Of a stretch of 28,785 nt of DNA, positions 1 to 8,747 are shown in pieces. The stretch spans positions 1 to 28,785 of the forward strand of contig JAXJPK010000260.1 in NCBI GenBank assembly GCA_036311705.1, read 5' to 3'. The notes under the pieces are model-generated. The model was not told the origin of the DNA. It saw only the letters and a program-made list of their open reading frames with translations, and did no database searches. This stretch comes from Clostridia bacterium. GTDB taxonomy: Bacteria > Bacillota > Clostridia > UBA1381. Numbering within the stretch: the stretch's first letter is position 1; every line of letters starts with the position of its first letter. A program made the translations under genes and the position numbers.

Positions 1-55
1 GAAATACTCCTTTCGTTCTGCAGTTTTTTAAAAGGATGCGAGCCTTGTTGGTTTT

Positions 56-90
56 ATTATAAATATTATTTAAAGCTCTCGCCACCCCAC
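56..90 (-). promoter_or_regulatory. Putative late promoter (GTGGGGTGGC-N19-TATAAT) for the gene starting just beyond the left edge
   Basis: Minus strand GTGGGGTGGCGAGAGC (90-75), then TATAAT (61-56). An RBS AAAGGAG lies at 13-7. The same motif occurs at 4921-4956 and 22443-22478. Confidence 0.7.
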
Positions 91-118
91 CCGGTGCATT
101 ATGGGCTAAAAATAATAA

Positions 119-433
119 TTATTTCAAGAAAATCTTTACATTGTCGGGATAATTCTCTGCAAGGAGTTTGAATCCCTGCATAATAGTCCAATATGTACGG
201 GCAATATCATCCTCATATCCCTTTTTCGGAATGCAAGCACAATGCCCTTTTCCGTCTTTATCCATATATGTGCGCCATTCAAGCATTTTTCTTGACTCGT
301 TGTAGCTATAAATAAGAGTATAGAAGAGCATAGATGCAGCCGAACAGACAATGTCCTGCCCCTTCTCACCGCATCCTGCGTGTCCCTCTATCGCAAGGTC
401 ATACTCGTTTGGAGTAAATGTAACCTTAATCAT
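119..433 (-). CDS. prp: Prp-family (ribosomal-processing, DUF464) cysteine protease, probable prohead maturation protease
   Basis: Motifs GHAG..GQDIVCSAAS (His/Cys dyad) and C-terminal GFKLLAENYPDNV; located downstream of the portal. Confidence 0.85.
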   Translation of the reverse strand: MIKVTFTPNEYDLAIEGHAGCGEKGQDIVCSAASMLFYTLIYSYNESRKMLEWRTYMDKDGKGHCACIPKKGYEDDIARTYWTIMQGFKLLAENYPDNVKIFLK

Positions 434-436
434 AGA

Positions 437-898
437 TTACTCTCCCTTGTATGCATTAGGCAATACAAGCTTGCAGCCGACAGTAAAATAATCAACGTCA
501 TTTATCTTGCTCTTTTCAGCCGCATCAATAAAAGGTGATGAATTTATCTCGTCTGCTATTGTTTCTGCATCCTTGATAACAAAGAATTTTTCGGGGACAG
601 CTTCGGCAACGTCTCTGATTATCTTGAAAAGCTCTTCAAGAACGGCTTCTTTTGCCGCTTTGATGTTTTCCTCGTTAAATTCTCCGTGACATTTAACAGC
701 ATATCCATAAAGCTCTTCCTCGGGAATATCTACGACAAAAGGATATTTAACTATAACTGTGCCGTTCTTTGTGCGAATAGCTGCTCTGCCTTTTTCTTCG
801 TTGACCGACAAAATTTCTGAATTTTCAAGTTCTTCTTTTCTTTTATTGCCCTTTTCAACGATTTCATTTACACCGATTTTTACCATTTCTTCAAACAT
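437..898 (-). CDS. Hypothetical protein, AT-rich insert between portal and Prp
   Basis: 153-aa ORF with GGAGG RBS; acidic; visibly AT-richer than the portal. Confidence 0.75.
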   Translation of the reverse strand: MFEEMVKIGVNEIVEKGNKRKEELENSEILSVNEEKGRAAIRTKNGTVIVKYPFVVDIPEEELYGYAVKCHGEFNEENIKAAKEAVLEELFKIIRDVAEAVPEKFFVIKDAETIADEINSSPFIDAAEKSKINDVDYFTVGCKLVLPNAYKGE

Positions 899-936
899 TT
901 TTTGTACCTCCTAAAATTTTAAAAAATATAATTTAT

Positions 937-2994
937 TTATTCAGCCTGTGTAGACTCTCTCGCATTATTCCTCGCCCTTTCAACAAAAGGATGCTCTTCC
1001 TTTTCGGGACTTACCGACTCAACCGCATTCGGATCACCTAAAGCCTGCGGCATAGCCATACCACCCTGACCAAGTATCTGCTGTGCTACCTGCTCACCGA
1101 GCGCAGGATCTATCTGATTTGCAAACTGAAGAGCCATCTGCTGATAAAGAAGTAGCATCTCCTGCATTGTGCCGTTCTCGGAAATCTTCTGCATTACCTC
1201 GTCCTTTTTATTGAAATCCATCATATTAAGACAAGCAAGAGCCTGATCTGTCATCTGAGGGTTAAAGAAGCCAAGGTTATAGAAGTTAAGCGCAAGGTCA
1301 TTGATTTCCATCTTCTTGTAGGGATTTGCCTTTTCCGAAGTAACCTCAATGTCAAATTCGGGAATCCTCAAGCCCATATCCATTCCCATGGTCATCTGAG
1401 GCTGTCCCTTAAGACCGCTGTTGTCATAGCTTACAAACTGTTCCTGCATACCATCGGGATTGATTCTAAATGTTCTCGGCACATCATAGAACTGTCTTAT
1501 AAGCTCAAGAATCTGATAGCATACCTCACGGAAAGCTCTGTGGAATGTCTTATTGGAGCTTCTCGCATTCTTCCCCGAAGTCTCCTGAAGAGCCGCAATA
1601 CCCGAAGCGGAAGTAACACCACTCGGTGCAGCGCCGTTGTTGACGTCCTGATTACTTGTCACATACTTCAGCTCGTCAATCTTCTGCTGAAGAAAGCTCA
1701 TGTAAATGCCGTTGAGAGCCTTGTAGTCAATAGGTCTTATGTTTTCCTCACCGATATTGCCCTCAACCTTGACAAACTTCTTCGTCTTGTCATTGAATTC
1801 CTTGATGTTGATTGTTCCGTCATCACGAACAAAATACCTCGGAGAAGCACCCTCAAGAGCATTGTCAACAATAGCCTTGTTTAATTGGTCAATCTGAATC
1901 TGCGTATCTCTGCCGATATCGGTAAGACCATATCCGCAGATGCTTCCCTCAACGGGATACAGAGCCATTGATACAAAGGGATACATCGCATGGTCATACA
2001 GTCCACGTTCAGCAAGAGGAGCTTCAAGCGGAATTGTAAGCGGAATTCCCGTTTCGGGATCGACAGTAACCTTTTCTTTGCCGACAAGCTCGTTCTCTGT
2101 TGCATACAACACCACATCATTTACATACTTAACGTACTGAAGAGTCTTCTTGCCCTTAACGTATGTATGGTAGTACCAATCGACAACGACACTCTTGTCA
2201 CTTGTGTCAACGTTGTCATCATACAAATAAGTCGCAAGAGTAACGCCTTTGCTACCGAGCTTTCCTACGCATTGCGGATACCTCTGCTCAAGAATGTCAT
2301 TGGCAACAAGCTCCGTATTGAATACATTGCGTGACTCCTGAATATCCGTAATACCCGGCTCCCAAAAAAGGTTAATGATATCAATCTTCTTGACAGAGAT
2401 ATCACCAAGTCCGTTGTGCTTGCTTCCATCCCAAAAGATGCCCTGCACACCGCCACCGTTCTTCAGAACATACCACACAAAGTCCGAATACACTTCCTCG
2501 TATCTGTTCTGCTCAAGGATTACGGGAACAATAGCAGACAGCTTCTGTGCCTCTGCCTTGTCATCCTGCTGACGGGGCTGAAAGTTACAAGTCGGATAAG
2601 AGTCCATCGCATCGGAATATCTGCTCTGAATACAGGACCATAACCAAGCCGTAGCGGGTTTAAAATCATCGTTTCCGTCATTCATGTAATTCCATTGGCG
2701 AAGCTTCCAAAACTGTTCATTTGCGATTATCTTCTGCTCAAGTCGAGCCTTGCCTTCCTTGTACTTGCGGAGTATCTCCGAAGCCTTGCGGACAGCCTTG
2801 TCATCAATCTTGGGCTTCTGCTGTGCAAGCATCTCCTTTTTCTGCCGTGTGCGCTCAAGCATCTGCATTTCCTTCAACGCCCTCTGCTGAAGCTCTGCCT
2901 GCTTATCCTGCGGAGCTACACCCTGCATAGGTGCTTGCTGTTGCATCTGCTGTTCCTGTCTTGCCCACTCTTCGGGCATCTGATTCTTGTCCAT
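937..2994 (-). CDS. Portal protein (large, podovirus/P22-like size)
   Basis: 685 aa directly downstream of TerL; helical; SGVTSASGIAALQE motif and Q/M-rich termini typical of this portal type. Confidence 0.85.
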   Translation of the reverse strand: MDKNQMPEEWARQEQQMQQQAPMQGVAPQDKQAELQQRALKEMQMLERTRQKKEMLAQQKPKIDDKAVRKASEILRKYKEGKARLEQKIIANEQFWKLRQWNYMNDGNDDFKPATAWLWSCIQSRYSDAMDSYPTCNFQPRQQDDKAEAQKLSAIVPVILEQNRYEEVYSDFVWYVLKNGGGVQGIFWDGSKHNGLGDISVKKIDIINLFWEPGITDIQESRNVFNTELVANDILEQRYPQCVGKLGSKGVTLATYLYDDNVDTSDKSVVVDWYYHTYVKGKKTLQYVKYVNDVVLYATENELVGKEKVTVDPETGIPLTIPLEAPLAERGLYDHAMYPFVSMALYPVEGSICGYGLTDIGRDTQIQIDQLNKAIVDNALEGASPRYFVRDDGTINIKEFNDKTKKFVKVEGNIGEENIRPIDYKALNGIYMSFLQQKIDELKYVTSNQDVNNGAAPSGVTSASGIAALQETSGKNARSSNKTFHRAFREVCYQILELIRQFYDVPRTFRINPDGMQEQFVSYDNSGLKGQPQMTMGMDMGLRIPEFDIEVTSEKANPYKKMEINDLALNFYNLGFFNPQMTDQALACLNMMDFNKKDEVMQKISENGTMQEMLLLYQQMALQFANQIDPALGEQVAQQILGQGGMAMPQALGDPNAVESVSPEKEEHPFVERARNNARESTQAE

Positions 2995-2997
2995 TGC

Positions 2998-4434
2998 TTA
3001 CCTCCATATGATTTTGTTATATTTACCTTTAGCTTCAAACTGATTAAGCGGATCGTGCATAGGTTTCTTCTCCTCCTTGACAAGCCTCGGAGCAATAGGT
3101 CTCATCATGCAAAAATATCTGATGCTGTCGAGGATATGGTCTTCAAGGTCGGTGTCAAGGTCTTCAGGCTTATGCTCGTCATACATCATCAAAGGAATAA
3201 CTCTCACAGTATCCTTGCAAGAAGAAAAGACATACAGCATAGCTTTGCCGTACTCATCAAACTTAAGCCTCTCATGAATCTGCATCCAACCGGGAATGCG
3301 GTCATTGATACCCTTGTCAAACCACAAATGCTGCTTCTCTGCCTCTTCGATTATGGCAATACCCCTTGAGCCATCCCATATACTCGGATCGGCAACACCG
3401 TGTATTCGCTTGCCCTTGAGAAGCGGATGCTCCCGTTCTATCCTTGCGATCTCACGGAATTGCTGTTCGGGAGACCACTTGACACCCTCATTCGGTGTCC
3501 CCGTACATCCGTAAAGCTCCGCTATCATATATGCGGTCCCGTCATAGTCCACAGCATACCAATTGCAAGCGAAAGGCTTTCCGAAGCCAAAGTCATAAGA
3601 CCGATATACCTTCCACTCCTTCGGAACATTGAACGGCTCAATAACGTGTGTCCACAGATGCTGTTCGGCAGCTTCCTCAACAGTTATCCCTGCATCATAA
3701 CAAGCCTGCGGATCGGGAGACACTCGGAACTCCTCAAAGAACGCCCCCTCGAAGATATCCCACCTACCATTCAGCCAAGCCTCACGGAGTTTCGGAGGGA
3801 GAGCTTCAAGCTGTTTTAAATAATTGGGATCTCTTTCCATAAGAGCTTTGTTGTCCGTCAAAAGGCTCTGTATAAATGAATAGTCATCGGGATTCTCGCC
3901 CGATTCAAACTTCCTGTCGATAAACAGCCTCTTAATATATCCGTGTGACACTCCACCGGGATTACAGGTATAATAAGTCCTCTTCGGGAAATCGTTGACA
4001 CCACGGACACAGGCGTTTATCTTCTCAATCCATTCCTGTTTAAGCTGTGTAGCTTCATCGATAAACACTACGTCAAATTCAACCCCTTGAAAGTTGTTCA
4101 GATCATTTTCGCAATTGCAGTAGCGGAACAATATTTCGCTCCCGTTTATAAAACGCATTTCTTTTCGGCTGTCATTGTACTTGGCGACTGCATCCTTGCC
4201 ACCTACATTGAGCAAAGCCTTCAAGGGCTTTATGTGGTTTTCAATAAGCTCGGGATAGGTCCTTCGCACAATACACATTCTGATGCCTTTGTGCTTTAGC
4301 CCAAGCACCTTTGCCTTAAGTCTTACCACCCAAGACTTACCGCCACCTCTTGCGCCACCAAAGGCTACATGCCTGTGTGTATCACGCATAAAAAGCTCCT
4401 GCTTCGGTGTCGGTGTCGGAAGCTTAATTAGCAT
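2998..4434 (-). CDS. terL: Terminase large subunit
   Basis: Walker A GGARGGGKS, Walker B VFIDEA, TCNPGG, nuclease motifs YDFGF and DHILDSIRY. Start taken at ATG 4434 (GGTGG RBS). Confidence 0.95.
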   Translation of the reverse strand: MLIKLPTPTPKQELFMRDTHRHVAFGGARGGGKSWVVRLKAKVLGLKHKGIRMCIVRRTYPELIENHIKPLKALLNVGGKDAVAKYNDSRKEMRFINGSEILFRYCNCENDLNNFQGVEFDVVFIDEATQLKQEWIEKINACVRGVNDFPKRTYYTCNPGGVSHGYIKRLFIDRKFESGENPDDYSFIQSLLTDNKALMERDPNYLKQLEALPPKLREAWLNGRWDIFEGAFFEEFRVSPDPQACYDAGITVEEAAEQHLWTHVIEPFNVPKEWKVYRSYDFGFGKPFACNWYAVDYDGTAYMIAELYGCTGTPNEGVKWSPEQQFREIARIEREHPLLKGKRIHGVADPSIWDGSRGIAIIEEAEKQHLWFDKGINDRIPGWMQIHERLKFDEYGKAMLYVFSSCKDTVRVIPLMMYDEHKPEDLDTDLEDHILDSIRYFCMMRPIAPRLVKEEKKPMHDPLNQFEAKGKYNKIIWR

Positions 4435-4894
4435 ACTCATCCACCGCCTTATCAAATGTTACGGTAATAACCTTGTCAACCTCTTCCGTAGTCGCATCCT
4501 TACGCAGCTTCTCGATTCTTGCCTCCTGCTCTTTAAGGTCAATATCAGACTTAACACCCTTAATGTCCTTAATGTCCTTCAGAGCAGACGTAAAATGCTT
4601 AATACTCTGTGAGTCAAGTACCTCCATCCCATCAAGTGTGTCCTCAATCTTCTGAAGAAGCTTGTCAGCTACCGAATACAGTTTGAGAGTATGATCCGCA
4701 CCCTGCTTGGCTACCTTTTCGACGATTTTCATGCTTTCCTTATGCCTTGCCTGTGCTTTAAGGTCAGCCCACTTCTCTCGCTCTGCAACCTTTCGGAGCT
4801 TGTGGAAAGGCACATCGTGCTTTGCACACAGCTTCTTATAGCTGATGTCGGTTGAAATATATTCACTTTTAAGCGCACTCCAATTCCACTCCAA
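4424..4894 (-). CDS. terS: Terminase small subunit
   Basis: N-terminal HTH-like W..LK.EY...ISYKKL..KH, helical body, overlaps the TerL start; TTG start with AAGGAGG RBS. Confidence 0.8.
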   Translation of the reverse strand: MEWNWSALKSEYISTDISYKKLCAKHDVPFHKLRKVAEREKWADLKAQARHKESMKIVEKVAKQGADHTLKLYSVADKLLQKIEDTLDGMEVLDSQSIKHFTSALKDIKDIKGVKSDIDLKEQEARIEKLRKDATTEEVDKVITVTFDKAVDEYAN

Positions 4895-4920
4895 GCAGAT
4901 GCCCCTCCCTTTTTTGCTTT

Positions 4921-4956
4921 ATTTTACAATAAAAGAATTTGCTCTCGCCACCCCAC
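4921..4956 (-). promoter_or_regulatory. Putative late promoter upstream of terS (GTGGGGTGGC-N20-TAAAAT)
   Basis: 16-bp GCTCTCGCCACCCCAC is identical to 75-90; -10 TAAAAT at 4926-4921. Confidence 0.7.
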
Positions 4957-4967
4957 ACAAAACACAA

Positions 4968-4991
4968 GCGGAGCAAGTCACCCTGCTCCGC
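4968..4991 (-). terminator. Intrinsic terminator ending the early/middle operon (possibly bidirectional)
   Basis: GCGGAGCA-N8-TGCTCCGC hairpin with T-rich tracts on both strands. Confidence 0.75.
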
Positions 4992-4996
4992 ATTTT

Positions 4997-5236
4997 TTAT
5001 TCCTCTATGCAATCTATGTAATCATTGCAAGTACGATTAAGCTTGCAGTAGAAATAACCTAAGCCCATATCGATGCAGTTAACGCATCCCTTGCACAAAG
5101 GAGTAGTATTGTGTATCTCTCCTGTAAGTTCAGCTTTAAGCTCCGTATTTTGCTTTACAAGGATGTCTATAGTCTTCTCAAGCTCCCTTGCTTTTTTTTC
5201 AAGCTCGTCATACTTCTTTTTCCTGACAAAAAACAT
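4997..5236 (-). CDS. Small coiled-coil protein with C-terminal Cys cluster
   Basis: RBS AAAGGAG before ATG 5236; coiled coil followed by CxxCxxC...C...C. Confidence 0.7.
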   Translation of the reverse strand: MFFVRKKKYDELEKKARELEKTIDILVKQNTELKAELTGEIHNTTPLCKGCVNCIDMGLGYFYCKLNRTCNDYIDCIEE

Positions 5237-5257
5237 TTTCTTTTCTCCTTTCAAATT

Positions 5258-5398
5258 TTAAAAAGTAACAGCAACATTAAGCACCGCCGCCGCAAGCCAA
5301 TAAACCACCATGCGCCAATCCCCGGAAGGGATATAGAAAACACCTGCAAAAAGCTGAAGCAGAATCAGCAGAGCAGGGAATATGTGCTTAGTCTGCAT
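5258..5398 (-). CDS. Small two-TM membrane protein (46 aa)
   Basis: MQTKHIFPALLILLQLFAGVFY..GDWRMVVYWLAAAVLNVAVTF; RBS AAAGGAG. Confidence 0.7.
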   Translation of the reverse strand: MQTKHIFPALLILLQLFAGVFYIPSGDWRMVVYWLAAAVLNVAVTF

Positions 5399-5669
5399 CT
5401 TTTCTCCTTTCTCCGTAACTGCAAAAATTGTTGTCACGCATACCTTTTTGATGCTCGTTGCAATAGCCAACACCTTCGCAGATTATGTCCGCTTCGTAAT
5501 GCTCGCAATCTTTGCACCTGACCACCTCAACAAAGTCAGCCTTGTTTTTGAAATCCTTACAAGGTTTCTTCAGGCAATCATAAAGATATTCTGCTCTTTC
5601 TTCGATTGTTCCTTCGATCGGAACGAAATTGCAACATCCATCACGATGCAAGCAATCTTTACACATCAT
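5388..5669 (-). CDS. Cys-rich hypothetical phage protein (VVRCKDC...FCSYGERR type)
   Basis: Two CKDC motifs and the FCSYGE ending common in Bacillota phage accessory genes. Confidence 0.75.
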   Translation of the reverse strand: MMCKDCLHRDGCCNFVPIEGTIEERAEYLYDCLKKPCKDFKNKADFVEVVRCKDCEHYEADIICEGVGYCNEHQKGMRDNNFCSYGERRKDAD

Positions 5670-6240
5670 CCGCATCACCATCCATTCGAGCACTGCCAAG
5701 GAATACACTTCCCGTTCTTTTGTATCTCGCCCTTAATGTTCCTTGCCTGATATTCATTTTTTCGGCTAATTCGGGAATAGATAACATTGTGCCTTTATAT
5801 TCAAATTTTAACTTTGTATTTTTTCTGCGAAATTCCTTTACCGATTCGGATATTTTTGCTTTTACTTTCTCTGAAAGTCTTTTGTCGGTTTTCGGTGATA
5901 TAGTTTTTTCGGGAAATCTGTTATATCTGTTATTATAACTGTGATTACACCATTCTAAATTTTCAACATTGTTATTTGTTCCGTCGCAGTCTTTATGGTT
6001 GATAATCGGCAAATTGTCCGGATTTGAAATAAAAGCTTTTGCAACAAGTCTATGTACAAGAAACCGCTTGTGTTCACCATTTTTCCACAAAGACACTTCT
6101 TTGTAATTTGTATGGTTATCTTTCTTTGTGGTCAAACTTAATATAACACCTCTTGAATTTCTAATTTGCCCATTATCAGAAACATCGTATAAGCCTTCAT
6201 ATCCGTCAATTGGTTTCCAACTCTCAATATACCTTGCCAT
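5659..6240 (-). CDS. NUMOD4-HNH homing endonuclease
   Basis: WKPIDGYEGLYDVSDNG (NUMOD4), VHRLVA..F, INHKD...NN..ENLEWC (HNH), C-terminal HTH-like tail. Confidence 0.92.
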   Translation of the reverse strand: MARYIESWKPIDGYEGLYDVSDNGQIRNSRGVILSLTTKKDNHTNYKEVSLWKNGEHKRFLVHRLVAKAFISNPDNLPIINHKDCDGTNNNVENLEWCNHSYNNRYNRFPEKTISPKTDKRLSEKVKAKISESVKEFRRKNTKLKFEYKGTMLSIPELAEKMNIRQGTLRARYKRTGSVFLGSARMDGDADDV

Positions 6241-6447
6241 TCACTCACCCCACGGATATAATAATTTATTCAAAGTGTTAAGTTCTCTACGCAACCTAAC
6301 GATGTCGTTCTGCATCTGCGAATGATTCCGAATACCCCACCAAGACGAATCTTCGTTGACATTATCTGCGATAGATTTATCAAGCCTGTTCATCAATTCC
6401 TTGCAGAATTTCATCTGCTCTTTTACTTGTTTTCTGTTGTCTGCCAT
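6241..6447 (-). CDS. Hypothetical protein
   Basis: 68-aa ORF abutting both neighbours. Confidence 0.7.
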   Translation of the reverse strand: MADNRKQVKEQMKFCKELMNRLDKSIADNVNEDSSWWGIRNHSQMQNDIVRLRRELNTLNKLLYPWGE

Positions 6448-6675
6448 TCACTCACCGCCTTTCAAATCAAAACAAATCTGCTTCTTCCTCGGGAATGTTG
6501 CCCTCGGTTTATACTCATTCGGATTCTCGCCAAAAGCATCTATCGGATTTAACTCAAAGTATTTGCATTTATTAACTCTTTTACAGGCATCATACTTTAA
6601 GCACTTTCGCTTGACTTCGCAATAACCGCTATCGCCCCAAACCAAGTTTGCACAGTATCGGCAATATTGCTTCAT
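6448..6675 (-). CDS. Cys-rich hypothetical protein
   Basis: QYCRYC...C...C; ATGA overlap with the upstream gene. Confidence 0.75.
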   Translation of the reverse strand: MKQYCRYCANLVWGDSGYCEVKRKCLKYDACKRVNKCKYFELNPIDAFGENPNEYKPRATFPRKKQICFDLKGGE

Positions 6676-7052
6676 TCGGTTGCACCGCCTTTCAACGCCC
6701 TTTCAGCATCCTCTTTCGTGAAGAATACTGTTTTGCCGAAATTTTCAAATTTACAGCAAATGTTTTCAAAAAAAGGCTCATCATCTAATCCTTCGTGGCA
6801 TATAAACATATAGTTGCCCGCAGAACGAATATCAATTGAGCCAATATATCCTCGATGTATGGCAACGATGCTTGTTTTAGTATTCAAAGTTATTGCATAC
6901 ACCGCATCCCCAACCTTGCAAGGCGGTACAACTACCCCGTTCTCAAGAAGGTAATCTACTGTATCAAGTATTTCTTTATTATCTAAAAAATGCATCGGGC
7001 ATTTACTCTCTTGAAATAAATAATACAACCTTTCTCTTTCGTTCTCACGCAT
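6672..7052 (-). CDS. Hypothetical phage protein (PCKVGD...GKTVF.T.E.AE.AL family)
   Basis: Recurrent Clostridia-phage motifs PPCKVGDAVY and FGKTVFFTKEDAERAL. Confidence 0.75.
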   Translation of the reverse strand: MRENERERLYYLFQESKCPMHFLDNKEILDTVDYLLENGVVVPPCKVGDAVYAITLNTKTSIVAIHRGYIGSIDIRSAGNYMFICHEGLDDEPFFENICCKFENFGKTVFFTKEDAERALKGGATE

Positions 7053-7070
7053 TGTCAGCACCTTCTTTCA

Positions 7071-8054
7071 TCAATACTTCACCCCGATATAATCAAGCAC
7101 TTCTTTCATGCCAAGACCGCCTTCACTTATCGGCTTCAGCATATATTCATACTGTTTCGGATGTGTTTCTTTCATCCTCTGAAATCTGTTCGGCTCTTTC
7201 TCTAAATGACAGCCAAACATACAGAACATACACCCCGTTCTGTTACATCCCGTTGTTTTCAAAACATCAAGTTCTTCATCAAAAATCGGAAGTCTGATTG
7301 TTTCTTCTGTCGGAACAATATCACCATATATTGAAGCATAGGGGATGTTGAACTTCCTGATGTAATGAAGAACATCTTGTTCTGTCCAAAATGCCATTGG
7401 TGTTGATTTTGGTTTTTTGGATTCAAATGCATTGCACCCGGTTCTTTTCCAAGCTTGTTCACGGATTTTGCTTTCAGCGGCCAATGTGCCAAACATCGGT
7501 TTTCTTCCGGTTTCTTTTTCATATCTCTGTATTGTTCTTTTTTTCATAACATCACAACAGTAAGCAGAAACTTCAAAAGGTGCATCCATCAGTTTCAACC
7601 ATTTTTCTGAAACTCTGTATCTTGAAGGTCTGCCCTCACTGTCAGCGGCTGTTCCATCAACAAATTTCTTTGCCCAATTTGAACCCCTTTTTGCATACTG
7701 TACTTTTTTTGCAACCTCTTTCGATGCCACCGGATACCCATATTTGAGAATAACTTGTCTGAAATTCATTTCAGGTCTTACAATGGTGACATTATCAATC
7801 GTTTTGACAAATTCCCTTATTTCGGGATATTCAAGCCCCGTATCAACGAATACTGCAGGAATGTCGGGGTATATGCTTCTTGCTATATGTAGAAGTACAG
7901 TTGAATCTTTTCCACCACTGAAAGAAACAAATACTTCACCTTCAAATGCTTCATACCATTGTTGGATTCTGTTTTTCGTCATACGAATTTTCGCATCCAA
8001 CGGAAGCGCTTGCATTTGCACAAGGTCACTTGCTGAATGTTTATTTTCACTCAT
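7071..8054 (-). CDS. Phosphoadenosine phosphosulfate (PAPS) reductase family protein
   Basis: PP-loop SFSGGKDS, FVDTGLEYPE, CC pair, RTGCMFC. Confidence 0.9.
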   Translation of the reverse strand: MSENKHSASDLVQMQALPLDAKIRMTKNRIQQWYEAFEGEVFVSFSGGKDSTVLLHIARSIYPDIPAVFVDTGLEYPEIREFVKTIDNVTIVRPEMNFRQVILKYGYPVASKEVAKKVQYAKRGSNWAKKFVDGTAADSEGRPSRYRVSEKWLKLMDAPFEVSAYCCDVMKKRTIQRYEKETGRKPMFGTLAAESKIREQAWKRTGCNAFESKKPKSTPMAFWTEQDVLHYIRKFNIPYASIYGDIVPTEETIRLPIFDEELDVLKTTGCNRTGCMFCMFGCHLEKEPNRFQRMKETHPKQYEYMLKPISEGGLGMKEVLDYIGVKY

Positions 8055-8377
8055 CCCTTACCGCCTTCCTTCCCAAACACCTTATCGTATACAATCTGAT
8101 TCAATGCTTCATACATCGCATCTTGTACCCCATTGAATTCGTATTCGTCTATGCTCTGCATCACCTTTGCTCTTATCAAATCTTCATTGTCCTCGATAGC
8201 CTTGTAAAGCATAGGTATTGCCGGGGATTCGTATTTCTCAAACGAATCTCTTTTTCGCCATAATTCATATCTGATACAGCTTCCATCTTCTAACAGTTCT
8301 CTTACCTTACTTGTAATCTTCGTCTGTGCATCCTCTCCGATAGCATCTGACACAGCCTTGAATATGAATTCATTCAC
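8051..8377 (-). CDS. Hypothetical protein (start uncertain, GTG 8377)
   Basis: Open frame filling the gap between the MTase-like gene and the PAPS reductase; ends KEGGKG like 9189-9635. Confidence 0.65.
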   Translation of the reverse strand: MNEFIFKAVSDAIGEDAQTKITSKVRELLEDGSCIRYELWRKRDSFEKYESPAIPMLYKAIEDNEDLIRAKVMQSIDEYEFNGVQDAMYEALNQIVYDKVFGKEGGKG

Positions 8378-8747
8378 CGCCTTTCCATTTTTCCATAATC
8401 CCCAAAGAATCACCGCAAATTATATTCAACGGCATTTTCCTTTTGTCCGCATAATCGGGACACATATCAAGCATCCGTTTCTTCGTTTCCTCGCAATTAT
8501 CGGGAAGAATGTCAATTCCCCAAATGCTGTTATATGCCCGAATTACTTCAGCTTCATTTCGGCATCTGGAAAGTTTTCTTGCTAAAATCTCAACAATAAA
8601 ATTCCCATTTCCGCAAGATGGCTCAAGAAATGTGCTGTCGATATTTTCCCATATTTCGGAAGGAATTAAATCGCACATTGCCTTGACCTCTCTTTCCGCT
8701 GTATAAACTTCCCCGAAGTCTTTTACTCTTTCCTTACTCTTAATCAT
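8370..8747 (-). CDS. Truncated N6-adenine DNA methyltransferase-like protein (SAM-binding half)
   Basis: GEVYT (motif X), FLEPSCGNGNF (motif I), GIDI, ICGDSL; no (N/D)PP(Y/F) motif IV. Confidence 0.8.
   Translation of the reverse strand: MIKSKERVKDFGEVYTAEREVKAMCDLIPSEIWENIDSTFLEPSCGNGNFIVEILARKLSRCRNEAEVIRAYNSIWGIDILPDNCEETKKRMLDMCPDYADKRKMPLNIICGDSLGIMEKWKGGE

Noticed and set aside
5345..5362. LLQLFA in the 46-aa protein as a Prp cleavage site
   Set aside because: It lies inside a predicted TM helix of an early-region gene; likely coincidence
6244..6253. GTGGGGTGAG as a fourth late promoter
   Set aside because: Two mismatches, no -10 at 19-20 nt, and it serves as an RBS junction
8300..8377. 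Possible second frameshift at the start of 8051-8377 (the coupled ATG opens only a 23-codon frame)
   Set aside because: An in-frame GTG at 8377 explains the gene; this cannot be distinguished from a small indel without homologues
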